From Laetmonice hystrix (Eukaryota): DNA of 64,000 nt. Made by a program: the position numbers and the translations under genes. Of this stretch, positions 24,186 to 36,300 are shown piece by piece; position 1 is the first letter of the stretch, and the number at the start of each line of letters is the position of its first letter. The notes below the pieces were generated by a model, which saw only the letters and a list, made by a program, of their open reading frames with translations, ran no database searches and was not told where the DNA came from. The stretch is taken from contig OZ249442.1 of assembly GCA_965235115.1 (NCBI GenBank), positions 1,798,001 through 1,862,000 of the forward strand. The letters run 5' to 3'.

Positions 24186-26590
24186 CCCCATAATATAAAT
24201 ATCGCCAGTATATCTTTGTTTTATGAAGTGTTTCTACGTTCGTTCACCCTGATCTCCTGGGTCCCACTCAGTAGCAGTTTCTTACATGGAGAGGTTCAAA
24301 CGGATAGTGTTCTGTTGTACAGTAGATTGTAGGTTGAATTCGATTGTTGCATAATGTCTTCTCATAGACTAACGAACACGAAACACAAATCTTTCACCAT
24401 AGAGTGGCTCAACAAGTTCTCATGGACAGATCTGGTCAGTAAGCTGATAGAGTCGATCTTGTATTTGTAGAGATACAAAACGGCCGATGGGTAAGAACAA
24501 GAATGGAAACGATGGAATAGGATGTGTAAATTATTTTAAGGATGGACTAAAATGACAGAGCCCATTGCGATACTCTCAATCTACAACATCGATACAGCCT
24601 ATAAACATATAGGATCTGTATTCGCGTATATTTCTGTTATATGAGCATACTCCTACTAGATCTATAAGGTAATCATTGTAAATCCCGATGTAATGCTATA
24701 ATAGACTTTGGTAGACTGGCTTTACAATTACTTATGTCCTCGTTGCATGTAAAATTACTTTCAATAAAAACTACGCACTGCACCCCCAACTGTGTGGGTT
24801 TGTTTTGGTCGTTACTTTGTGTCTGTCCTATGTGATAGGCCTAGCAATACTCCTATTGCCAAAGCTACACAAATGAGAGAATTTTAAAACGCGCAGAATG
24901 GAATGCTATAGCGCACATAGCCAATCATTTCAAATGAAGTTTTGCCATTACCTTCAGCCATTGAGTCCAATAAATTTAGCTCAATTCCTTCTACAAAGCA
25001 GATTCAGGTGATTTTTCAAACGAAGCGGGCACTTCGACATCGTCACGGCTGGCGGCCATTTTAAATAAACAAAGGGAGCAGCTATTATCTAAGAAGGGGC
25101 CTGGATCTCGGGCCATCATGGAGGAGAGCTTGGCTCCTTGTGTGATGGTATGCTCCCCTACTGGCCTTTAGTGCGCAAGCGCATTAGGACTAACAACATT
25201 GCCGGCAACGAAAATCAAACTGCTCGGTTCGCATTTTCAAACGTCTGATTTATAGAGGTCGGGTGGGCGGGTTCTCGAGGCCCACATTTCTGGGTTAAGG
25301 GGCCAGAAACAAAGGACATATAAAATATGTCTTTAATAAGTCATTTGGGATGATATAGATTGTCTTTAACCTCTACACTTCTGATGACACGATCCACAGA
25401 ATGAATATAAATATTAATTTACGGTTTTCAACGCAATTTCATCGTAATTTAGAGGCCTAATTAATCCAGAAAATGCTAATAGAAGAAACTTTGCTGTTGG
25501 CGTGACATATAGCATCAGCGTTAAATTTTTTTATGAAAGGCACGTTATATGTGTCGGTTTTACAATGTAGGTGCGACTTTAGTTCCTAATTTACTTGGCC
25601 CAACGATGCCCATCTTGGCACATCTCATAACGTCAACGTTTATGCGTGGTACAGGACACTTGTCCCGAATTTCGCACAGAGCTATTCATGCCGTTCTAGA
25701 GCGAAAAGCTTAGTAAGCTGTAGGCCGAGATGAGAGGAAATAGGCCTACACACATTTGAAATCAATTTAAATCTCTAGTTCTCAGACCGGCGGAAGAATA
25801 TGTTACGGTGAAAAGTTACGTCACGTGACGCGGTGACCAGAATGTTTGTCTACCATTGTTGGATTGCTGATCACAGACTTGAACGTAGCGTCTGAAGGTA
25901 TAGGTCTATAGAATAAATGAAAATAGATAATTAGGGAACAGCAGGTTTATTCATTACCCCCCCCCCCCCCCACACACACACACCCCAAGTCAAAGGAAGG
26001 GCGCATGCATAGCAATTCCGTCATTTCTTGTGTACCTAACTAACTCAAAATAGACAACTCTGTCTGAAAATACTTTGTACCTTGAAGTTTTAGCGATGAA
26101 AGAGGCGAAGAGTCTAGCCAAAATCTTTAGGGTCGAGAGTATTTGTGAGAAAACCACATTGTTAGGGATCAAAAATATAAATTTCTATTTTTGTTTGTCA
26201 GTGAAGAGTCTGATTCTAAGTAGCCTAGTCATGTAAGCTTGCTCAAGAAGGCAGCAGAATTATTTAGTGATGAAGACTATTTTTTAAGTGTCCCGTGCCA
26301 ACGCCTTTGTTACCTTGGTTTCTGGTTCAGTTATACAGTTCTAGTTTATGGACATAATTATCAATAATGCCTGTCCTAAAGTGGCCCGAGGATCGATCCC
26401 CCCCTCCCCTTCCCCGTTAACTAACGCGGCTACTATCGGAACCTCACGACGCGATCGTAAATAATTACGAGTTTCCAACTAGCGCGTGGTCCGTCGATTC
26501 CCACACTCTAACGCCGTCAGCCATTACACATGTGCACGCTATAAATTTGGTTGCTTACATGGGCAGGGATGAAATAACATTGAATATTAC

Positions 26591-27885
26591 AACAATGTTA
26601 GCTAGGGCCCCATGGTGAATTTAAAACAATGTTAGCTAGGGCCCCATGGTGAATTTAAAACAATATTAGCTAGGGCCCCATGGTGAATTTAAAACAATGT
26701 TAGCTAGGGCCCCATGGTGAATTTAAAACCAGTGGTTTGTCTTGAGCTTGTAAGCTTTGAGCCTTTTGGTATAGGCCTAGGATTCTGTAAAACAATTTTA
26801 GGGTTCTCTCAGATTTGTAGCCCGTATATAACCCTGCCTGTAGCCCTGACCCTAACCGTATATAACCCTGCCTGTAGCCCTGACCCTAACCGTATATAAC
26901 CCTGCCTGTAGCGCTGACCCTAACCGTATAACCCTTCCTGTAGCCCTGACCCTAACCGTATATAACCCTGCCTGTAGCCCGAACCCTAACCCTTCTGTAG
27001 CCCTGACCCTAACCGTATACATTTGTATAGCCCTGCCTATAGCTCTGACCCGTATATATCCCTGCCTGTAGCCCTGACCCTAACCGTATGTAACCCTGCC
27101 TGTAGCCCTGAACCTAACCGTATATATCCCTGCCTGTAGCCCTGAACCTAACCGTATATATCCCTGCCTGTAGCGCTGAACCTAACCGTATATATCCCTG
27201 CCTGTAGCCCTGAACCTAACCGTATATATCCCTGCCTGTAGCCCTGAACCTAACCGTATATATCCCTGCCTGTAGCCCTGAACCTAACCGTATATATCCC
27301 TGCCTGTAGCCCTGAACCTAACCGTATATATCCCTGCCTGTAGCCCTGAACCTAACCGTATATAACCCTGCCTGTAGCCCTGACCCTAACCGTATATATC
27401 CCTGCCTGTAGCCCTGAACCTAACCGTATATAACCCTGCCTGTAGCCCTGAACCTAACCGTATATATCCCTGCCTGTAGCCCTGAACCTAACCGTATATA
27501 ACCCTGCCTGTAGCCCTGACCCTAACCGTATATATCCCTGCCTGTAGCCCTGAACCTAACCGTATATAACCCTGCCTGTAGCCCTGAACCTAACCGTATA
27601 TATCCCTGCCTGTAGCGCTGACCCTAACCGTATATATCCCTGCCTGTAGCCCTGAACCTAACCGTATATATCCCTGCCTGTAGCCCTGAACCTAACCGTA
27701 TATATCCCTGCCTGTAGCCCTGAACCTAACCGTATATATCCCTGCCTGTAGCCCTGAACCTAACCGTATATATCCCTGCCTGTAGCGCTGAACCTAACCG
27801 TATATATCCCTGCCTGTAGCCCTGAACCTAACCGTATATATCCCTGCCTGTAGCCCTGAACCTAACCGTATATATCCCTGCCTGT
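26591..27885. repeat. Two 34-bp arrays (26591-26728; 26822-27885), the second with a telomere-like core
   Basis: aacaatgttagctagggccccatggtgaatttaa x4; ccctgcctgtagccctgaacctaaccgtatatat x about 31. Confidence 0.93.
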
Positions 27886-28536
27886 TAGTCCTGACCAAAA
27901 ATACAAAAATCGCATTTTCGAAAACTGATAAAGAAAATATATCGTGATCACATTGCTCTGTCTCTGTCTCTGTGTCGTTGTCTCTTTGTCTGTCTGCATG
28001 TCTGTCTCTCCCTGTCTCTGTCTCGGTGTCGTTGTCTCTTTGTCTGTCTGCATGTCTGTCTCTCCCTGTCTCTGTAAGTGTCGGAATCATGATTGACATC
28101 TATGGTCACTCAGTACTCAGTGAGCTTCCAGGGCATGTGTTAAATACTCGAGGGATATCACGGGAACAACTGTGGCACGTGGGTCGAGACAAATTATTTG
28201 ACCAGACATTTTAGAATGCCATGACATGGTCAGAGGTCCAGGGGTCGAATTTCACCACGACATTCACTGAAAATACCTTGACCCCTCCTCCCTCCCACAC
28301 ACACACAAACCTTTACCGTTATGCCCTTTAGTTTTACCTCTGACCACGGTATGACATTGCCGTGCGCTTATTGGCCTCTTGTCATGAATGCCCTCTTTCG
28401 CCAGTCCATGGTCTTACATCATCAGTGCATAAAGTACCGTCAAAAGGTTCCCACAATGTAGCCTTTAGTTACGTCTTGATATGGTGCTGATGAATTGGAC
28501 ACTGGAAAGGTTTTATGGCCTCAAAGTTGATAATAT

Positions 28537-28779
28537 CAGGCGCGTGTCCAGAGGGGGGGGGGGGGGTCCAGGGGGTCCGGACCCCCCCCTGCTCTCACAG
28601 AGCATAGATTTTTTCTAAGCATTCCCGCCGTTTTGACAATCGTTCAGCGATTTTTTCTAAGCATTTCCGCCGTTTTGAACCTGTTGATCGATGAATCTAC
28701 AAAATATAATGCCCTAAAATGGCCCCTAAATGGCGGGGAATCGCGTTTCAGAACTTCTAATTAAAAAAATTCGCGCCTG
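28537..28779. mobile_element. MITE, short TIR, 5-bp TSD
   Basis: CAGGCGCG...CGCGCCTG flanked by AATAT on both sides. The left end resembles the 60508 element (ccagggggg...ggaccccccc). Confidence 0.7.
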
Positions 28780-30133
28780 AATATTATGGTAACTGTTTCA
28801 ATTTTGTCCATCTCAAAGGTCAGGCAAGAACATGATATTTGAATCATAGTCACATTAAAGTGCAGAACTACCCCGACTTGTACGCGACGAGTCATCCTTG
28901 ACCAAGTCGAACAGTTCATTGGTCATCCTGAAGTACCTTTTAAATCTTGTATCGCTGATTGTCTCCAGCCGAGTAATCTCGTGAAATTCTCCATAATTGT
29001 GCCCTCAGGTTTAAAGTGTCGTGAACCCCAAACTTTTTGGGTCGATGAGCTCGTTGTTCAAGAAGTAGAGCTTCTTTGGATTCCGATCCGATTCGGCGGC
29101 CACACACCGATTAGGCCCCCCCCCCCCCCCCACATTCCAAAAACCCTAGATCCGCCACTAATATTAGTTTCAAGGCCTATGAACAGAGACTCAGCACAGC
29201 GCGTTGAGGCAAAAGTATCAGTGCTGAGACGCCGGAAGTACGTCGCCAGAATCACAATTGGGGAGCGATTTTTTTTCTGCATGCACTTGCCATTGGAGCG
29301 TGCCGCAACCCGCTGTACTGAGTCTGTTTGCCCTCGTCCACACATAAAAACGCTAAAGTCGACCACGCGAACTCGGCCATGGAGGCGAGTTTACCAGTAT
29401 GTCATGTACATGGACATGGGAACGTGTGACAAAAATAATTTTTAAAAATATAAGATCAAACTCTAGAGTAAACTTAACACGTATATGATTGTACCATCAA
29501 AACATAGGCCTACATGCTGAGTTCCAGTGTTTGTTATAAACCATGGACATGGTTGGATATAAGTGATAAATGGAATTAAACTGAGCACATTTTGCCTGCC
29601 GACCATCTGTCCTAACTAAGCTGTGCCAATGCACCTGTGTACCTAGAGCGTCAGAGGGACTCGTAGTAAAACAACTCTGTCTGACGGAACCTGTGCGGGT
29701 GGTCAAGTCGTGACCTTGCCTCACGTACACGGTGCAAACCGTGTGGCCAAACCTCTCCATTATTTGATTTAGGAATACCGAACTATTCAAGACTGTTTTT
29801 TTCACCGCATTGACAAGAGAATAGGTGCATTGTTTTCGAGACATACAATGAGATATACTCTGTTTTTGTCCCCACGTCATCATCATTCCTCTCCCGGGTC
29901 CCGGTTCCGACCAAAACTGAAGTAAGTAAAAAAGTTAGTTTCGGCCAGAAAGTGTCATTGTTTTCCTGATTCCTCTCAATAAAAATTATTATAAAAGAAA
30001 TCTAGAAATTATCGTTACATTTCTTATGAGTTGCTTGTTCATTATTAGGCCTAGGATTATTTTTCATCGTGTACTGGCCCTACAATGAAGGGAATCGATT
30101 GGTAAGGGACAGAAATCTGAAATAACCAAAATA

Positions 30134-31568
30134 TTGAATGCTACCACACGATCGTGGTTACAGGCCTATGTTTTGTCCTGTAACATTGAATGCTACCACA
30201 CGATCGCGGTTACAGGCCTATGTTTTGTCCTGTAACATTGAATGCTACCAGACCATCGCGGTTACAGGCCTATGTGTTGTCCTGTAACATTGAATGCTAC
30301 CACACCATCGTGGTTACAGGCCTATGTTTTGTCCTGTAACATTGAATGCTACCACACCATCGCGGTTACAGGCCTATGTTTTGTCCTGTAACATTGAATG
30401 CCACCACACGATCGTGGTTACAGGCCTATGTTTTGTCCTGTAACATTGAATGCTACCACACCATCGTGGTTACAGGCCTATGTTTTGTCCTGTAACATTG
30501 AATGCTACCACACCATCGCGGTTACAGGCCTATGTTTTGTCCTGTAACATTGAATGCTACCAGACCATCGTGGTTACAGGCCTATGTTTTGTCCTGTAAC
30601 ATTAAATGCCACCATACCATCGTGGTTACAGGCCTATGTTTTGTCCTGTAACATTGAATGCTACCACACGATCGTGGTTACAGGCCTATGTTTTGTCCTG
30701 TAACATTGAATGCTACCACACGATCGTGGTTACAGGCCTATGTTTTGTCCTGTAACATTGAATGCTACCACACCATCGTGGTTACAGGCCTATGTTTTGT
30801 CCTGTAACATTGAATGCCACCACACCATCGTGGTTACAGGCCTATGTTTTGTCCTGTAACATTGAATGCTACCAGACCATCGTGGTTACAGGCCTATGTT
30901 TTGTCCTGTAACATTGAATGCTACCACACCATCGTGGTTACAGGCCTATGTTTTGTCCTGTAACATTGAATGCTACCACACCATCGTGGTTACAGGCCTA
31001 TGTTTTGTCCTGTAACATTGAATGCCACCACACGATCGTGGTTACAGGCCTATGTTTTGTCCTGTAACATTGAATGCTACCACACCATCGTGGTTACAGG
31101 CCTATGTTTTGTCCTGTAACATTGAATGCTACCAGACCATCGTGGTTACAGGCCTATGTTTTGTCCTGTAACATTGAATGCTACCAGACCATCGTGGTTA
31201 CAGGCCTATGTTTTGTCCTGTAACTGAATGCTACCACACCATCGTGGTTACAGGCCTATGTTTTGTCCTGTAACATTGAATGCTACCACACCATCGTGGT
31301 TACAGGCCTATGTTTTGTCCTGTAACTGAATGCTACCACACCATCGTGGTTACAGGCCTATGTTTTGTCCTGTAACAATGAATGCTACCACACCATCGTG
31401 GTTACAGGCCTATGTTTTGTCCTGTAACATTAGCTAACATTGAATGCTACCACACCATCGTGGTTACAGGCCTATGTTTTGTCCTGTAACATTAGCTAAC
31501 ATTGAATGCCACCACACCATCGTGGTTACAGGCCTATGTTTTGTCCTGTAACATTGAATGCTACCACC
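30134..31568. repeat. 52-bp minisatellite
   Basis: ttgaatgctaccacaccatcgtggttacaggcctatgttttgtcctgtaaca. Confidence 0.95.
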
Positions 31569-32039
31569 TGTAGACCCCCCCCCCCCCTTGGCAACCATTT
31601 TGTCTTGTTCTCCCATGGATAGAAAGTATCCGAACTTTCTGAATTGACCATGCTGCCCCCCTGATCCTGAATCTGCCCCTGGGATGTTTACAGTTAGGTG
31701 TGCGGTTGGTCTCACCTGAAGTTGAATGTTGAGTGTGTGGAGAGCCTATGCATGACCGTGTTTAAACCGCCAGAGGGCGCGGCCATGCACGGGCCGGCCA
31801 TGCACGGGCCGGCCAGGCGTTTGGTCGGCGGCTGGCGGGAGGGGGTGGGAGAGGCGGGAGGGGGTGGGAGGGTGCCCTCGGCGCCGCCACCGGACGTCCG
31901 CGCACTCGCCCCTCGACAAGACGTCATCAGTCAACGCCACCTGGTGGCAGACAGAGAGCGGTGAGCGTCCACAGCCGGCCGTGGACGCTGCACGGAGGGG
32001 GGAGGAGTTTAAAAAAAGATAAATACACCAGGTATACAT

Positions 32040-33367
32040 CGTTGGACAGGAACCGTCGGGATACAGAATCTGGCTGAGATAAACACTATAAACATTGATG
32101 AACTCGGATACTGGTTGGACAGGAACCGTCGGGATACAGAATCTGGCTGAGATAAACACTATAAACATTGATGAACTCGGATACTGCAGGAACCGTCGGG
32201 ATACAGAATCTGACTGAGATAAACACTATAAACATTGATGAACTTGGATACTGCAGGAACCGTCGGGATACAGAATCTGGCTGAGATAAACACTATAAAC
32301 ATTGATGAACTCGGATACTGGTTGGACAGGAACCGTCGGGATACAGAATCTGGCTGAGATAAACACTATAAACATTGATGAACTCGGATACTGGTTGGAC
32401 AGGAACCGTCGGGATACAGAATCTGGCTGAGATAAACACTATAAACATTGATGAACTCGGATACTGGTTGGACAGGAACCGTCGGGATACAGAATCTGGC
32501 TGAGATAAACACTATAAACATTGATGAACTCGGGTACTGCAGGAACCGTCGGGATACAGAATCTGGCTGAGATAAACACTATAAACATTGATGAACTCGG
32601 ATACTGGTTGGACAGGAACCGTCGGGATACAGAATCTGGCTGAGATAAACACTATAAACATTGATGAACTCGGATACTGGTTGGACAGGAACCGTCGGGA
32701 TACAGAATCTGGCTGAGATAAACACTATAAACATTGATGAACTCGGATACTGGTTGGACAGGAACCGTCGGGATACAGAATCTGGCTGAGATAAACACTA
32801 TAAACATTGATGAACTCGGATACTGCAGGAACCGTCGGGATACAGAATCTGGCTGAGATAAACACTATAAACATTGATGAACTCGGATACTGCAGGAACC
32901 GTCGGGATACAGAATCTGGCTGAGATAAACACTATAAACATTTATGAACTCGGATACTGCAGGAACCGTCGGGATACAGAATCTGGCTGAGATAAACACT
33001 ATAAACATTGATGAACTCGGATACTGGTTGGACAGGAACCGTCGGGATACAGAATCTGGCTGAGATAAACACTATAAACATTGATGAACTCGGATACTGG
33101 TTGGACAGGAACCGTCGGGATACAGAATCTGGCTGAGATAAACACTATAAACATTGATGAACTCGGATACTGCAGGAACCGTCGGGATACAGAATCTGGC
33201 TGAGATAAACACTATAAACATTGATGAACTCGGATACTGCAGGAACCGTCGGGATACAGAATCTGGCTGAGATAAACACTATAAACATTTATGAACTCGG
33301 ATACTGCAGGAACCGTCGGGATACAGAATCTGACTGAGATAAACACTATAAACATTGATGAACTCGG
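32040..33367. repeat. 73/67-bp minisatellite ending about 10 nt before the secreted-protein ATG
   Basis: gttggacaggaaccgtcgggatacagaatctggctgagataaacactataaacattgatgaactcggatactg, about 19 copies. Confidence 0.95.
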
Positions 33368-33376
33368 GTTGACACC

Positions 33377-36300
33377 ATGCGAGCAGTGTGCAAGTCTCAG
33401 AGGACGCTCCTGGTCTGGGTGTTAGTGTTTGTCTTTCTCTCCACGGCAATCGCTAGGAGATCACGTCGGAGATCAACGACAGGTATGTGATAGCTTCCGT
33501 TCACGTCACTGGTAGATCATCGACTTGGTCTCGCTTCCGTTCACGTCACTGGTAGATCATCGACTTGGTCTTGCTTCCGTTCACGTCACTGGTAGATCAT
33601 CGACTTGGTCTCGCTTCCGTTCACGTCACTGGTAGATCATCGACTTGGTCTCGATTCCGTTCACGTTACTGGTAGATCATCGACTTGGTCTCATATGTGC
33701 AGTCAGTTGAAAGCTATAGATCCTAGATCTACAGCCTACACGGTGGCAGGCCTATTATGTACTTAGTTAGGGTACCATTTAATCTTCAAGGGTGGGGGGG
33801 GGGGGGTCTTTCTTCGTTAAATATTTTTTACACTTCCAAAACCAAACAAGTTCTTTTTCCCCTTGTGATTTTGTTTACATGTGTGGCCAGGACACATTTT
33901 TCTGCACACTTTTTTCTGCACCATTCTCAACAAACTTTTTTTTATCGTAAAACCAAACATATAGTCGCCCGGTTTTACGGTGACCCGCTCTTTTAACATG
34001 GAAATGGCTGAAGAAATCTTTTCAGATAAAATGAAAGCCGTTTATTAATGGTCATGTCATCGGTGACAGTCGACAGTTTAACGTTAGGCACTGCATTTTC
34101 TCTTCATTAAAATGAATAGCGTTTTTAATGCATGTGCATATATTATGGACAATCATGTTTAAAACAGTTTTCAAAGCCATTACACCGTTCGTTCCTTCGA
34201 GGAAAGACAATGAAGAGCGAATAACTTACCATCTACAAGCATTAAAACATGAACGTTAACCATGAAGTAATATTGACATGGCATATAGAATGAAATATTA
34301 TATATAGCTCATTAATGTCAGAAATACCTCCATACAATGAGGTGACTGCATTATATGTGAGCGACAGTTCTATCATAATATTATTAACATTAATATAACG
34401 TTAATAAAATCAATCTCCCTTTAAAAAACACGGTTCATTTAATATGTTTATGACTGCGATTTTTATAAGCCCATAGGACCCCGCCAGAGGGCCAGAGGGC
34501 CAATTTTCAAAAACAGTGACACGACGATCGTCTAAAAATAGTGTCGCTCTGTAAAAACAATTTTGCACTTGGTAAATTATGAGAAATAGATAACTAGCAG
34601 AAGATGTACTAATTCTGTTAACACATGACGCATATTTTTATGACTATAAAGTCTATGAGAATCTCCTAGTATACCGGGTGGGCCAAAACATTTTGGAACA
34701 CTCTTTTCTTGACTGTAATTTCTATCATTTTCACCGCAATGTCGTAATATTTGGAACATGATATCATCTGGTTATTTGGGGTCTGTGATACAAATTCCAG
34801 ATTAATGGGTCGAAACGTCTTCAAATAGGGCTATTTCTAAAGATTCGTGACGAAAATTGCAATGCCGGACCAGCAGGGCCATCAGCGTGAAGCCGCACCT
34901 CTTTTAAGCGGGAAACTGCCCTGAAAAACGGAGTCCCATAGCGTTGAATGACCCAGTTTTCTTGGTGTGTAGACAGTGTGCAGTGTGCAAGGCAGGGTTG
35001 TTGCCACTCTGTCTGAATGACGTTACGTCAAATGTATGAAATGTCTGAAAAAGTCTATAAAGGTCGCAAGCAAAAATTCGCTGAGAACGAACTGAAGGAG
35101 AAAATTCGGGAAAGGTGGGAGGGAATTACTCTAGAAGAAGTCAGGAAGTCAGCCGGAATATTCAAAAAGAGACTAAGGGGTGTGTGTGAACACTGAACAG
35201 GATGGGGGTCGCATCGATCACCTTTTCATTTCAACTGAAATAGGTGGGTGATACTTACATGGTTCTCCAGCATTGCATTTTTCGACATGTGATGTTTGAT
35301 TTGTTTCCACATAAAGAGTTTTTGGCCTATCTGCCTAAAACTTTCACCACAAAATGCTATTAACCATATAACGTGATGCCTTAAATATCAGTGACAAACT
35401 ATGAAAATTGTAGAAGCTTTAGTCAAGTAAAGAGTGTTCCAGACACAGCGGGACCAACTCTGCGGAGGACGCCTGGTCCGGCATTGCAATTTTTGACACG
35501 CAGTTTTTAAAATAACGCTATTTTTAGACATTTTGACCCATTTATCTGAACTTTGTACCACATGCCCCAATTAACCAGATGATATCATGTTGCAAATAAT
35601 ATGACATTGGAGTTAAAATTATAAAAGTTACAGTCAAGAAAAAAGTTTCCAAAATCTTTAGGCCCACCCGATATATTCAGCGATAAAACCGATATGATGC
35701 AAAACAGGATTTTTTAAAAGTTTCTTTTATCGTAATCTTAACGGTGTCTCGCGGGCCCCGGTGTAACGATTTCAAGTTCCCCCCTCATTCGAGTTCCCCC
35801 CCGGGAACTTGAAAACGTTTTCAAATTCCTCCTCCAGGAGCTTGAAAACGTTTTCAAATTCCCTCCCGCGATTTAACTTTCCCTCCCCCAGGGACTTGAA
35901 AACGTTTTAAGTTTATAAATAAAATATAGGCCTACCTTATTATTTTATGACAAATTTTAAATGTCGATACTTTTTGCCCTTCTTATTTCACCACATCTAG
36001 GGGGTAGGTCCTAGGCCTAGATATCTTTTGTCAGCTTGTTTCTCTCCATTCATTTTACTGACCGTTCATTTTCACCCTAACCTAAACCTAACCCTAACCC
36101 AAACCCTAACCCTAGCCCTAACCCTTTCCCAAGGGGACGCGTATTAACGTTTTTCACGTTCTCGTGGGGGAAAATGAAAACATTTTCAGAATCCTAGGGG
36201 GAATTTGAAAATGGGGGGATGAATCTGAAAACGGTTTTCAAATTCCTCCCCGGGAATTTGAAAACGATTTCAAATTCCTGGGAGGAAATTTGAAAACGTT

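Noticed and set aside
24275-24460. Exon-like minus-strand segment with a CP-TGA frame as a second selenoprotein
   Set aside because: Stops in all frames, no recognisable selenoprotein family, and no SECIS found on that strand.
18308-28520. CTGATGA motifs (18308, 25381, 28488) as hammerhead ribozyme cores
   Set aside because: No stem II followed by GAAA and no closing stems could be formed by hand.
28981-29886. ORFs of 154, 102 and 129 aa
   Set aside because: No recognisable domain; they span a poly-C tract and a MITE end and lack convincing splice context.
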